Below, in pieces: positions 49,857 through 59,911 of a stretch of DNA of 64,000 nt. Positions within the stretch are counted from its first letter, which is position 1. The number at the start of each line of letters is the position of its first letter. Position numbers and translations under genes: made by a program. A model generated the notes under the pieces. The model ran no database searches and was not told the DNA's origin. It saw only the letters and a list, made by a program, of their open reading frames with translations. Source of the stretch: a virus; the IMG/VR virus record IMGVR_UViG_3300032116_000106, positions 19,682-83,681 of that record; one strand, 5' to 3'.

Positions 49857-50867
49857 TTATAAGCTAAAATCATTACCTCTTTGTTTTTGAACTGAAGTAG
49901 ATAATGAAACGGTTCCATTAGTTGATTTAAATTCTAATGTTCCGGTATATTCCTTATCACCTGTAAACCCAAACCCTGATGATGGCTTAAACCCATCAAC
50001 TTTCCCTGCATTATGAGTAAATGATATAGTTTTCTTTTCTTGTGGCGGAACGCTTACTGAAAAAGGCCCACCTATGAAACTTACGTTTTTTTCAGTAATT
50101 GTTACATTCTGAACCTCTAATGAAAAATTAAATATTTCAACTTCTGGACCATTTATCCATTTTCCATTTCCATCATCTTTTGCTCTCGCTCTATAAGTTA
50201 AATCATTATATTTTTGGTCACCCTTATTAATTACCCTTACCGTAATGTCAGCTCCCGCCTTCGCACCTTCTGCTATTCTTGCATTCTTACCATTCAATTG
50301 TTCGGTTAAACTATCTACTTGTTTTTTAAGCGATTCAATAGTTGCATTTTGACCTTCATTTCTGGCTTTAAGAGATGCATTTTCAATACCCTCCAAAGTC
50401 ATTCTTTGTATATTACCTTGCAATGTATCACTAATAATAGCAAATTGAGTTCTTAAACTTTCAGCATTTGCCTCAGCAGTAACTCTTAATAATCTTTCAC
50501 TATCCAATTCAATATCTAATGCTGCTGATATAGCAGTTAGATTTGCCACCTCCGATTGTAATAACGATATCTGTAAAGATTGTGAAGTGATTGTTCCATT
50601 TGCTAATTCTAATGAACGAGTTGCATCATTATAAACTGGTCTAGGAACTAAATCTAATTCTAATTCGGGTGAAGATGGGATTAACTCAAAAACGTTTACA
50701 TCGATTGCTTTTTTTAATTCATCGGTATTGTAAACCCTTTTTTTAGATGGAGCATATACATATCCGGTTTTATCCGAATCCAAAGTGGCTTCAAAATAAA
50801 CATTATCCCTATCTCTTGCGACTAGGGATCCACTATTTTGTATATCTTTAATTAATTCAAACTCCAT
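49857..50867 (-). CDS. Hypothetical coiled-coil structural protein
   Basis: Long heptad region followed by a beta-rich C-terminal domain. Confidence 0.6.
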   Translation of the reverse strand: MEFELIKDIQNSGSLVARDRDNVYFEATLDSDKTGYVYAPSKKRVYNTDELKKAIDVNVFELIPSSPELELDLVPRPVYNDATRSLELANGTITSQSLQISLLQSEVANLTAISAALDIELDSERLLRVTAEANAESLRTQFAIISDTLQGNIQRMTLEGIENASLKARNEGQNATIESLKKQVDSLTEQLNGKNARIAEGAKAGADITVRVINKGDQKYNDLTYRARAKDDGNGKWINGPEVEIFNFSLEVQNVTITEKNVSFIGGPFSVSVPPQEKKTISFTHNAGKVDGFKPSSGFGFTGDKEYTGTLEFKSTNGTVSLSTSVQKQRGNDFSL

Positions 50868-51846
50868 TACTTCTTATTTCAAATGTTAAATCATCTTCAA
50901 AATATTCTTCGTATCCATCTCTTTCTATCAAAAATAAAAATTTATATACTCTATTTGTTGGGAAATTCGTTGTATCAAATACAAAATAATTTCCAGATGA
51001 ATTACAATTTATTTTAGTATAAGTAGAAAAATCTACAATTTTCTTCTTTGTAATTTCATCTCTGATAGCATAATACGAACTCGTTGGAAGATACTTTACA
51101 TCTAAATAAGAGAATGAGTTAGAAAAGGTTTTAAGTGGGTATTGCTCTCTGCCAATTACTTTTATCTTTACCTTTCCTCCTTCGGTATAATATGGTTTTA
51201 ATTCCTTTGTTCTTACTATGATTGATGCTGAGGTCAAAGGCCCTAATGTTCCAGTAACAAATGAACCACTTACGTCATCCCAACTTAATTTTAAAAGTGG
51301 TTGATGAATAGTATTAGTCTCCTTTGAATAAAAATTCATAATACCATAATCCAATGAGGATGATTCAACTGAATTAGTATGTTTTAATACTAAACCAAAA
51401 TTTTCACTCCCTGTCCAATAGTTGTATAAAGATTTTACATCCATATCGATATCTAAACTTTGATAAGTAAATGATTGAGATGCTGCTGCAGAAGATGATA
51501 ATATAAATGGTTGAGTGTTCCACGTAATACCATCCGCATTTTCCGGTGTGTAATAAAAAGTTCCCACACCCATATTCCAACTTGAAGTTACAGGATATGC
51601 AAAAAGAGAAAAACTTACCGGTAACTCTTCCGCTTCGGTTAATTTTAAATTTAAGGTAGCTGCTGATGCCGTAACATAGGTAGGAACATTAGTTATATCA
51701 AAATATAAATAGGCTCTAGCATTATCCTCTTCTTCAAAACGTGAATAGTGTTTAGATACGGTTAAGATTTCATCTAAACCCGTATTTTTAGTTTTATACA
51801 AAGAATAAACTGTTGCATCTTTTGATGCCGTTACAAAGTGTATCAT
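50857..51846 (-). CDS. Putative virion protein with DNRLRE-like beta-sandwich
   Basis: KDATVYS...RAYLYFDI...ATLNL...FYSKET...PLL; follows gp6. Confidence 0.55.
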   Translation of the reverse strand: MIHFVTASKDATVYSLYKTKNTGLDEILTVSKHYSRFEEEDNARAYLYFDITNVPTYVTASAATLNLKLTEAEELPVSFSLFAYPVTSSWNMGVGTFYYTPENADGITWNTQPFILSSSAAASQSFTYQSLDIDMDVKSLYNYWTGSENFGLVLKHTNSVESSSLDYGIMNFYSKETNTIHQPLLKLSWDDVSGSFVTGTLGPLTSASIIVRTKELKPYYTEGGKVKIKVIGREQYPLKTFSNSFSYLDVKYLPTSSYYAIRDEITKKKIVDFSTYTKINCNSSGNYFVFDTTNFPTNRVYKFLFLIERDGYEEYFEDDLTFEIRSNGV

Positions 51847-53888
51847 TATACTGCTCTTCCTTTTATATCTTTATCAGGAAACTTTACTTCAAAGATAGAA
51901 GGATCCAATGAAGGATATATTATCTTATTCTTTGTAGCACCTTTTATATCATAACTATTTCTCGCATACGCTCCACCACATTTATTTACAATCTCAACTT
52001 TTTGAATAGAGGCAACCCCATCAACCATTGCCAATCCTAATTCTATATCCGATAGGTTTATGGTTTGATTAAATTGCCAATTATCAATTGAGAAAATTGA
52101 TTTTATTTCTTCGATACATCTTAATACTACCTCTTTGGAATTATAGTTTTTGTATACCGTAATATCGAAATTAATACCTATGTTAATGACGAACCCATCT
52201 ATTATGTTTACACCATCAGTAAGAATTCTAAATTCGTTTAAGTAGGTTTTTAAGTTTTCTTTTACCGCCCTATTAAGAGTCGTTAATTTACCATTTGAAT
52301 CATATCCTAATGTGTATAGATTAATAGCAAAAGGATTAACTAATTCAGCGTTTTGAGTTGTTTTTTGAACAAAATTTCTTACATTTTGTTTTATCTCATT
52401 TGTGGTTGGTAATTTTCCACCTTTTGCTAATGATGAATTTACAATACTTCTAACAATTTCCGCAAATTCAGTTACATTATCAGTTGAATTTAATACTGAT
52501 TGCGGTGAATTAGCGTTTAATGAATTATCACCAATTGCAAATACTTTAGAAACTGAACCAAACTTTGTCGGCATTGAAAGTGCTCTTACTTGATAATCCT
52601 TTGCAGTTACGGCTCTATTTTGAGATGCGTAATTTGCTAATGCCGTTTCTCTAATTTCTTCTATTGTATCAAACCCTCTACCACCTTTTGCGGGTATTTC
52701 ATTTTCAACCGCAACTGAATTTTTTACAAATTGGTAAACAGTATTATCAATATCGACAAATGTATTAATTAAATCATCATTATAAGTTATGTTCGTAATA
52801 GTAGTTAAATCTCCTTGTGGAACGTTTGAACCAACACCTCCTCCAACTAAATAAGTTACACTTAAAGTGCTATTAGCCGATGGAGCCTGTCCATATGATT
52901 TTGTTTTAAGGAAATTAGTAGGGTCATAAGATTCAGCCATTCTATTAACTGAATTGTTTAAACCTAATCCAACATTCTTAACATTTGGTATAATTAATTC
53001 ATCCGATAGGGAACTATCTCCTCCTCCAAAATGAATTGATGTTGTAAAATTATCATTCGTTTTAACTACAAATCTTCTTGAAGTTTTTAATAGTTTTAGA
53101 AGGTATGGAACAGTCGTTGAAAATTGATTTAAATCAGGATCGTTTTGTTCTACATTTGGATAATCAATGTAAATTGTTTCTTGTGCCAAATATGGAACTT
53201 CATACCACTTATTACCATTATCATCTATCACACTTTCGATTGAGATTACATTTGTTTCTTCAATATCTAATTTCTGAAACGCTTCTGATGTTGTAAATGT
53301 TTTTTCTATTGTTTTTTCACTTGCTGATATAGCCTGAATCTTTTTCTTTACTAAAAAATAATCAGGTATGTTGGTTATTTCAGTTGTGCTGTAAACACTA
53401 ACCTCTCTATCAGTAGCATCGTTAAAATCTAAAATTTCAGTAGTTCTAAATGTTATTTCATTATTTACACTAGACCTTACCTCTAATCCTTCATTTATTC
53501 TTAATAGGTATTTTGTATCCAATTCACCATTAGAAGTTGCTTTACATAATTGGTAAACCGATAGAGTTGTAATTGCAGGTGAGGTTGCTTTTGGTTTATA
53601 TCCCAATAAGTTTGCCAATGCAAATACATTTTTTTCTTCACCCGCATATTGTATAAGACTTTCTTTTAATGTAGAATCAGTATAGTATCCTAAAACATCA
53701 CCAATATAAGATGCCATTTCAATAAACATCATACCAGGTGATGCTTCATTAAAATCATTATATGAGGAAGGGAAATAGGTTTTAGCATATTCAACCAAAT
53801 TATCTCTAAATGATTGAAAATCTTTACCCAAGTAGTTTATATCTCTACTATTCCTTCCTATTTTTTTATTTGTTACTTTAAATGCCAT
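51846..53888 (-). CDS. Baseplate wedge protein (T4 gp6/baseplate J-like)
   Basis: DFQSFRDNL...DFNEASPG...LGYKP; GG..DT.EEIR; QNRAVTAKDY. Confidence 0.88.
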   Translation of the reverse strand: MAFKVTNKKIGRNSRDINYLGKDFQSFRDNLVEYAKTYFPSSYNDFNEASPGMMFIEMASYIGDVLGYYTDSTLKESLIQYAGEEKNVFALANLLGYKPKATSPAITTLSVYQLCKATSNGELDTKYLLRINEGLEVRSSVNNEITFRTTEILDFNDATDREVSVYSTTEITNIPDYFLVKKKIQAISASEKTIEKTFTTSEAFQKLDIEETNVISIESVIDDNGNKWYEVPYLAQETIYIDYPNVEQNDPDLNQFSTTVPYLLKLLKTSRRFVVKTNDNFTTSIHFGGGDSSLSDELIIPNVKNVGLGLNNSVNRMAESYDPTNFLKTKSYGQAPSANSTLSVTYLVGGGVGSNVPQGDLTTITNITYNDDLINTFVDIDNTVYQFVKNSVAVENEIPAKGGRGFDTIEEIRETALANYASQNRAVTAKDYQVRALSMPTKFGSVSKVFAIGDNSLNANSPQSVLNSTDNVTEFAEIVRSIVNSSLAKGGKLPTTNEIKQNVRNFVQKTTQNAELVNPFAINLYTLGYDSNGKLTTLNRAVKENLKTYLNEFRILTDGVNIIDGFVINIGINFDITVYKNYNSKEVVLRCIEEIKSIFSIDNWQFNQTINLSDIELGLAMVDGVASIQKVEIVNKCGGAYARNSYDIKGATKNKIIYPSLDPSIFEVKFPDKDIKGRAV

Positions 53889-54319
53889 TATTCAACTACA
53901 TTAAATGTTACCGTCTCCAAATTTTGTTGTCCCGAAACCCTAAATGATAATGAAATATCAAAATTATATCTATCTCTATCAGAATTTGATTGGTCTACCA
54001 AAATTTCTTCAATAGAAACAAATGGCATCCACTCTGCAATTGATTCTTCTATTGATGTTTGAACTTTTATTTCTAAATCATCGGTGTTTTGTTCAAATAA
54101 TGCTTCATATAATGAAGTTCCAAATGTTGGATGCATTATCCTCTCACCCCTTCTAGTTAATAAAAGGTTTCTAATATTTGATTTTATCTGGTCAATAGTT
54201 TGAAACGATTGAGCAAAATAACCATTATTACCCCTTTGAAGAGGGAGAGTTACTCCAATCGCTACTCTATCTTTTTCGGGTAAATCTTTGGTTAATTTTG
54301 GCCCAATAATTATCGCCAT
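53888..54319 (-). CDS. Baseplate wedge subunit GPW/gp25
   Basis: IKSNIRNLLLTRRGERIMHPTFGTSLYEALFE...WMPFV. Confidence 0.92.
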   Translation of the reverse strand: MAIIIGPKLTKDLPEKDRVAIGVTLPLQRGNNGYFAQSFQTIDQIKSNIRNLLLTRRGERIMHPTFGTSLYEALFEQNTDDLEIKVQTSIEESIAEWMPFVSIEEILVDQSNSDRDRYNFDISLSFRVSGQQNLETVTFNVVE

Positions 54320-54322
54320 TTA

Positions 54323-54778
54323 TTATCTATTTTTATCTTTACTTGCTGCTAAAACCTTTGCACTTCTTGCAATCGCTTTATCTATTAAATCATTACCTGT
54401 TACTGGCATAGATTGACCTCTATTCGGCTGAGAACTCATTCCTACTTCACCATATCCTATCATTTCAGGAGATAATGTTCCCCATTCACCATCGGTTCTA
54501 CTAAAGTTCGGTCTCATAGCCGTTTCATTTAGTATTTGATTTAGAGCAGGATTTTTCGAATACTGTTTTTGTTCGATCTCCCTATCTTCTTCTAATACTG
54601 CCAATGCTTTATCGAATGGATTTTCTATTTTCCTTTCAGAAATAGTTGGTTTTACATTTGATTTTTTCAGTTCGGCTAGAATTTCCTTCCTAACCTGTTC
54701 CTTAATTAAGGAAGTTTGTTTTTTTACCTCTTCCTTAACTACAATTTGGATTGCTTTAAAAAGTTTGTTAGTGTCCAT
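54323..54778 (-). CDS. Hypothetical late protein
   Basis: First gene after a TATTTATA motif. Confidence 0.65.
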   Translation of the reverse strand: MDTNKLFKAIQIVVKEEVKKQTSLIKEQVRKEILAELKKSNVKPTISERKIENPFDKALAVLEEDREIEQKQYSKNPALNQILNETAMRPNFSRTDGEWGTLSPEMIGYGEVGMSSQPNRGQSMPVTGNDLIDKAIARSAKVLAASKDKNR

Positions 54779-54796
54779 AATTTAATTGATTCTGTT

Positions 54797-54804
54797 TATA
54801 AATA
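54797..54804 (-). promoter_or_regulatory. Putative late promoter TATTTATA
   Basis: Exact motif 18 nt upstream of ATG 54778. Confidence 0.65.
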
Positions 54805-54827
54805 TATTGTTCCTATATTATCGAATT

Positions 54828-56303
54828 TTATCCTCCGGTTATAGTTGATTTTAATGGATTAGTAACTGCCGCTAATGTGTTTGTATTTTTGGCTGCCAAT
54901 TGAGCTGCATAACTATTTGCTTTACCTAACGCAGTTGTGGTTAAGAATCCAGTTCCTTTAGGGTCAATCACTTTACCCGCAACTATACTTGTTATTAAAT
55001 GGGTAGCCTGTTCTTGTGTTAAATCATTTTTATTGATGTTCATCTTATTAGCAAAATTATCTAAACTTCTATTTACGAACCAAGCGGTTGCTTCTGCTGC
55101 TGCTTTCGGGTCATTTAATAAATCTGGATTTTTAACTAATCTATCATCACCATATAATGCTTTTGATGCCGCTGCATAGTTTGCTCTACCTGTAATTTGA
55201 ATAAATCCTCTACCTCTGAATTTGTAGCCATCACCGGGTTGTGTATTTCCTAATGAGTTACCAGGTGCTCCATAGATATAATTTGCAAATGCTTCCGGAG
55301 AGGTTTGTATTTGTGCCAATTCCGCATCTGATAATCTACTAATTCTTTTTCCAAAGATTTCAGTAAGCCTTTCTCTACTATTTTTGGTATAATTAACATT
55401 CTCAACTATTACCCTGCCACCTGTCTCTTTAAGAGCGTTGGCTTGCATCGCTATAATCAATTGAGGATTATCAATCTTAAACTTCTTAGCCGCAGCTGCG
55501 ATTTCATTTAAGTTAGAATCCTGATTACCCGCATATGTAATTTGTAATGCACCCCCACCACCACCGGCTGATAGAGCAACTGCTTTTTGTGCATCCGCTT
55601 GCTTTATTAATTCTTGTGCTGCTAATTCTGCATCACTTTGAAGTACCGTTGGGTCTACAATAGTTCCACCGAATCTCGCTTTTAATTCCGCCAAAACCCT
55701 CGGATCAGTTTCAAACGCACTTGGACTAAATGAACTAAAATCAACTGGATTAGCTGAAACCGAGTACCCTTGCCAAGGTAGATAACCAGGTGCAACTACA
55801 CCACTCGGATATGCTGATGTGGTGAATGTCCAACCTCCAACGGTAAATAAATGAATGTTAGCTGCTTGGATTATTTTATCTATAAATCTATCAACATTAT
55901 CCAATCCTTCATATGTAAATGGAATGGATACTTGAATGCCTGGATTAACAACTATGTTTTGAGTAACAGCGATGTTTGAAATTGCTCCGGGTGCAGGAAG
56001 AAGTGGAATAGGTAATTGTTTGAGGGTTGCCCCCGCCCAATATGCAACGAATCCATTTGCAATTCCATTTATAATTGGAAATTGTATTTCGGAACGAGAT
56101 TGTTGTATTAAAACTATCTTTATAAGATTTTCTAATACCTCAACATTACCCCTTTCAATCGTTATTTTATTAGTTAAATCTCCTGCTGGTGGGAATTTAA
56201 GAACATTATCATACGAACTAGCAATTACCTTTGCCAAATCATCGGATGATTCCGGTGATTGCAACATCACTGCTTTAACTTGTAGTTTAAAAATGTCCCA
56301 CAT
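54828..56303 (-). CDS. Structural N-terminal domain fused to a GH19 lysozyme/chitinase-like domain
   Basis: KETGG...ENVNY, FANYIYG, GNTQPGDGYKFRGRGFIQITGRANY, NPDL, AWF. Confidence 0.85.
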   Translation of the reverse strand: MWDIFKLQVKAVMLQSPESSDDLAKVIASSYDNVLKFPPAGDLTNKITIERGNVEVLENLIKIVLIQQSRSEIQFPIINGIANGFVAYWAGATLKQLPIPLLPAPGAISNIAVTQNIVVNPGIQVSIPFTYEGLDNVDRFIDKIIQAANIHLFTVGGWTFTTSAYPSGVVAPGYLPWQGYSVSANPVDFSSFSPSAFETDPRVLAELKARFGGTIVDPTVLQSDAELAAQELIKQADAQKAVALSAGGGGGALQITYAGNQDSNLNEIAAAAKKFKIDNPQLIIAMQANALKETGGRVIVENVNYTKNSRERLTEIFGKRISRLSDAELAQIQTSPEAFANYIYGAPGNSLGNTQPGDGYKFRGRGFIQITGRANYAAASKALYGDDRLVKNPDLLNDPKAAAEATAWFVNRSLDNFANKMNINKNDLTQEQATHLITSIVAGKVIDPKGTGFLTTTALGKANSYAAQLAAKNTNTLAAVTNPLKSTITGG

Positions 56304-57547
56304 TAAAATTGAATTTTAACACGATTGGATAACATATTACTTAACTTACCTGCTAATTCTTCGAATTCGGTTACCACTTCTTGCTTCATACCGGAAACAG
56401 GCCCTGCTGGTGTTAATAATCCACCATTTCTTAAATTTACAATTAAGCGAATTAGGTCTTCTAAAAATCCTCTTAATAATATACCATCAACCGCAGGTTT
56501 TAAATTTTTGTTTCCTAAATTAATCTCACCACTATCCCCTATGTAAAAATTTATTTGGTTATTAAAAGCCTGTATATCAATTGGCATCTTTGAGTTTATA
56601 TTAATACCTCTTTCAGCGTCAACTGAAAATATGCCATCGGTTATAACCCCATAATGAGATTTACTCCAAAATATCGTTTCATTCTTTCTTGAAGAAAAAA
56701 CTAATCTATCTGATGATATAATACATTGTTCTCCATCATAAACTTTTGGGTATGCTTCAAATCCATATTCATCATCTTTTCCAACATAAACAAATTTAGA
56801 AGATTTATCGGGTCTATTTTTAAAATCAGATGAACCTAACAAATCTGGAGTACCAGGAATAAAATTGATTTTATCTGTCCCACTACTCATCATTATAGTT
56901 GAACCATCTCTATTTAAATCTTCTTCAACTAATGATGAAACAGGTAGGAGATTAAATTTAGATGCTTCTTTATTTCGGATTATTAATTTAGGATTAAAAT
57001 CGTTTCCCTTATTATTGTATCCACTTAATCTAATACTTTGTCCGAATTTTGATTGTATTACTGTATCACCTTCGTAAAGTTTCAATCGGTGTATTGGTTT
57101 CTTTTTAAAATAACTACCAAAAGAACCGCCTGCTCCCGCCAATGCACCTATTACTCCACCAAATGATTTAAAGTTTGAAATACCCGTTTGTGGAGTAGAA
57201 GCAGTTTTAGTTCCGGCTTCAGTTCCACCATTATTGATAGTCTTGTTTAAATTTACTCTTCTATAAACTGATACAACTCCATTATAATATACATCTACAA
57301 TTTCAGTTACTAATGGTATATCTAAAAATAATTCACTTTCCGGATAAGCTATAATTTTAGTTGATTTGGTTTTACCATAACACTCAACTTCAATAGTTCC
57401 AGGAATAATAGTTCTGCCATTAGGTTGCTCACCAAATTCCAAATAAACTTTTTTTACTACACCGGCAGTAACTCCTGTTCCGGTATAGGTTGCAGTTTTG
57501 GATTGAGGTGAAACCTGATAATCATCCCTAAAAGAAAAAATTCCCAT
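56303..57547 (-). CDS. Putative baseplate spike/hub protein (gp5/gpV-like)
   Basis: N-terminal OB-fold-like P...E.V, EGDTVIQSKFGQSIRL, beta-rich C-terminus ending TPAGP; near gp25. Confidence 0.6.
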   Translation of the reverse strand: MGIFSFRDDYQVSPQSKTATYTGTGVTAGVVKKVYLEFGEQPNGRTIIPGTIEVECYGKTKSTKIIAYPESELFLDIPLVTEIVDVYYNGVVSVYRRVNLNKTINNGGTEAGTKTASTPQTGISNFKSFGGVIGALAGAGGSFGSYFKKKPIHRLKLYEGDTVIQSKFGQSIRLSGYNNKGNDFNPKLIIRNKEASKFNLLPVSSLVEEDLNRDGSTIMMSSGTDKINFIPGTPDLLGSSDFKNRPDKSSKFVYVGKDDEYGFEAYPKVYDGEQCIISSDRLVFSSRKNETIFWSKSHYGVITDGIFSVDAERGININSKMPIDIQAFNNQINFYIGDSGEINLGNKNLKPAVDGILLRGFLEDLIRLIVNLRNGGLLTPAGPVSGMKQEVVTEFEELAGKLSNMLSNRVKIQF

Positions 57548-57972
57548 TATTTTTTATCCAATTTATTTTGAATTTCTTGTAACTCTAATTCGATATCATC
57601 AACTTTATCTTTTGTATTTCTTTCCATTTCATCCGCAACACTACGAACTTCATCTAATAATTGAGCCCTTTCTGCCTCCGATAAGAATCCATCATCAGAT
57701 GGCCCTTTGGATTCAGCCGCAATTATTCTTTGTGCAATAGTCGCTAATCTCAATAGTAAATCATCGTTTTCTACTGAAAATTTAACTAAATCCTTTATAA
57801 CTGGTCCAATTTCAGCTATATCTCCAGCATGTCTAATAGATTTTTTAAATTCCTCTATTAAATCAGCTATTTTTTGTTTTTTGTGTCGTTGATTTGAATA
57901 TATTTCCTGAAACAAGTCTGATAACTTTTTCTCACCAAATAAAACAAAATCTGTTGCCTGTTGTTTTCCCAT
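57547..57972 (-). CDS. Hypothetical helical late protein
   Basis: First gene after a TATTTATT motif. Confidence 0.65.
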   Translation of the reverse strand: MGKQQATDFVLFGEKKLSDLFQEIYSNQRHKKQKIADLIEEFKKSIRHAGDIAEIGPVIKDLVKFSVENDDLLLRLATIAQRIIAAESKGPSDDGFLSEAERAQLLDEVRSVADEMERNTKDKVDDIELELQEIQNKLDKK

Positions 57973-57986
57973 AATCTTTTCTTACT

Positions 57987-57994
57987 AATAAATA
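57987..57994 (-). promoter_or_regulatory. Putative late promoter variant TATTTATT
   Basis: 14 nt upstream of ATG 57972, at the start of the structural block. Confidence 0.55.
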
Positions 57995-58010
57995 CCCAAA
58001 ACCAAAATAT

Positions 58011-59147
58011 CTAAATCATTGATGAAATGATACTATAAACTGGGTAATTATCGTTTTCCACAGTGTTTAATAATAAATCATTTTTATCTTCGTATGAATC
58101 AGATAAAATATATCTATATATATTTTCTATATTTAAATTTTTATAAAATAAAAATTTATTATAATTGTGTTCTATCCTTTCCTGAAATTGAGGTTGTAGA
58201 ACCATTTGTTTAACATCGTATGACCTCATCTTACTAATTTGTTCAATTACATCAACATATTTTTTTATAGTCCCATCAACATCGAAATTATCTATTTTAA
58301 AATCAAATAAATCATTAAATAAAATAAACCCTAAATCTTCTATCACTTTAATTTGAGCTTCCGAAGAAATCATTAGTAAGAAGGGTATTTTATGTGCAAA
58401 GTTTCTAATTGTTTTTTCAGTTAGGTGGCAATTAACACCATCATTATCCATTCCAAAGTCGGAAAAGGTTTCTACAACAAAAGCAAAAAATGAGTTTTTA
58501 TAAACTAATTGAAACTTTCTATCTTCTTCCAAAATTGTGTGATAATAAACCTTATCATAATCGTGGCTTTTAAGAATGTTTAAATTATTTTTAATGTTTA
58601 CATACTTTTCAATGTTCTTATCACCATAACATTCATCACCATTCGCACCCACATAACTTTGATTGAAATTTAAATTTCTAGACATTAGTTCATTTAAAAC
58701 TAATGCTCTCGGAGTTCTTATTGCATTATTTAGAAAACTAAATTTTAAAAATCTATGGTCAAAGTTTATAAATCCTGTATCTAATTGTGAATTAACGGTG
58801 TGGTCTTTTATCGATAAACCCTTTGTTAAACAATTAAAATTATCCAAATAATGATTACTACAAAGAAATAAAACATTTTTTTTGTTTAATCCTAAATCCA
58901 CACACTTTTCAACGAATTGTTTAGCATTACCAAACGCAATTGGTTCGGTATGATTATAATAAATTATTTTTTTAGTATTGTAATCGTTTGTTTCTAAATC
59001 CCTAATGAAATCATTATGGTTTGAACTACAAACAAAAATGAAATCAGCTGATTGAGGATTATCTATTGTTTCGAAAAAGGTTTCGTTTAATAAATGGCAT
59101 CTATTAACAAAATCAATTGATAGATTATAAAAATAAAATTTTATCAT
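58011..59147 (-). CDS. 'ETxF...TEK' family protein, putative GT-B glycosyltransferase
   Basis: FLNNAIRTPR, FVVETF...HLTEKTIRNFAHKIPF...LGF. Confidence 0.5.
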   Translation of the reverse strand: MIKFYFYNLSIDFVNRCHLLNETFFETIDNPQSADFIFVCSSNHNDFIRDLETNDYNTKKIIYYNHTEPIAFGNAKQFVEKCVDLGLNKKNVLFLCSNHYLDNFNCLTKGLSIKDHTVNSQLDTGFINFDHRFLKFSFLNNAIRTPRALVLNELMSRNLNFNQSYVGANGDECYGDKNIEKYVNIKNNLNILKSHDYDKVYYHTILEEDRKFQLVYKNSFFAFVVETFSDFGMDNDGVNCHLTEKTIRNFAHKIPFLLMISSEAQIKVIEDLGFILFNDLFDFKIDNFDVDGTIKKYVDVIEQISKMRSYDVKQMVLQPQFQERIEHNYNKFLFYKNLNIENIYRYILSDSYEDKNDLLLNTVENDNYPVYSIISSMI

Positions 59148-59911
59148 TTTATAAAATTATATAATTCGTTTCCAATAAGCTCATACCCTTTTACATTAGG
59201 ATGCTGAGTGCTTCTGGTATCCCAATTTTCATTATACTCCCAATAAGTTGAATCAGTTCTTTTTATTAACCAATCCCTAAACGTATCCTTCTTATATCCC
59301 CAATAATTTTGTGATTTAATTAAATTGGTTTTATCATATTCAGGTATTATTCCCAAAAACATATCTTCAATACCATCACATAAGACGTATTTTATTTTAT
59401 AATGTTCTAAAAATGATTGCAGAAATATAATATAATTTTGATTTACGATTGAGTAGTATAAATCATCATATAAATTAGTTAGCCAAAATTTTTTATAATC
59501 TTCCATAAAAAAATCATAATAACGATTTTCAGTTTGAGTTGATGTAAAAAATCTATCAGGTGTTTGCATTAGATGTTTAGTGCTCCAACTTAACCACTCT
59601 CCCTTTGGGCCGTGAGGCATGAAGGGTAAATAATCTCTTAATGATGAACTCCACATTACAACAACTAAATCATTTTTAGTAGTTATACCATTTTTAACAT
59701 CATCTATAATTTGATTGAAAATTTTATTATTTGGATTTCCACTAATACCATTATTTTCATATGGTAGATTTAATTTATTAGCCAAAAAACTTACCCAACT
59801 ATTTTCTTTTTGGTAAGCCATCTTTTCGTGTTTAGAGAGGGTATCTTCGATTTCTCTATTACAACCCTCTCCAATAGTCCAGCTATCACCGTATGCAACT
59901 AATCTTTTCAT
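59144..59911 (-). CDS. SGNH/GDSL-like protein
   Basis: AYGDSWTIG, NGISGNPN, QHPNVKGY. Confidence 0.7.
   Translation of the reverse strand: MKRLVAYGDSWTIGEGCNREIEDTLSKHEKMAYQKENSWVSFLANKLNLPYENNGISGNPNNKIFNQIIDDVKNGITTKNDLVVVMWSSSLRDYLPFMPHGPKGEWLSWSTKHLMQTPDRFFTSTQTENRYYDFFMEDYKKFWLTNLYDDLYYSIVNQNYIIFLQSFLEHYKIKYVLCDGIEDMFLGIIPEYDKTNLIKSQNYWGYKKDTFRDWLIKRTDSTYWEYNENWDTRSTQHPNVKGYELIGNELYNFIK

Noticed and set aside
57547-57972. Terminase small subunit call
   Set aside because: Size and helicity fit, but there is no diagnostic motif and no large subunit nearby.
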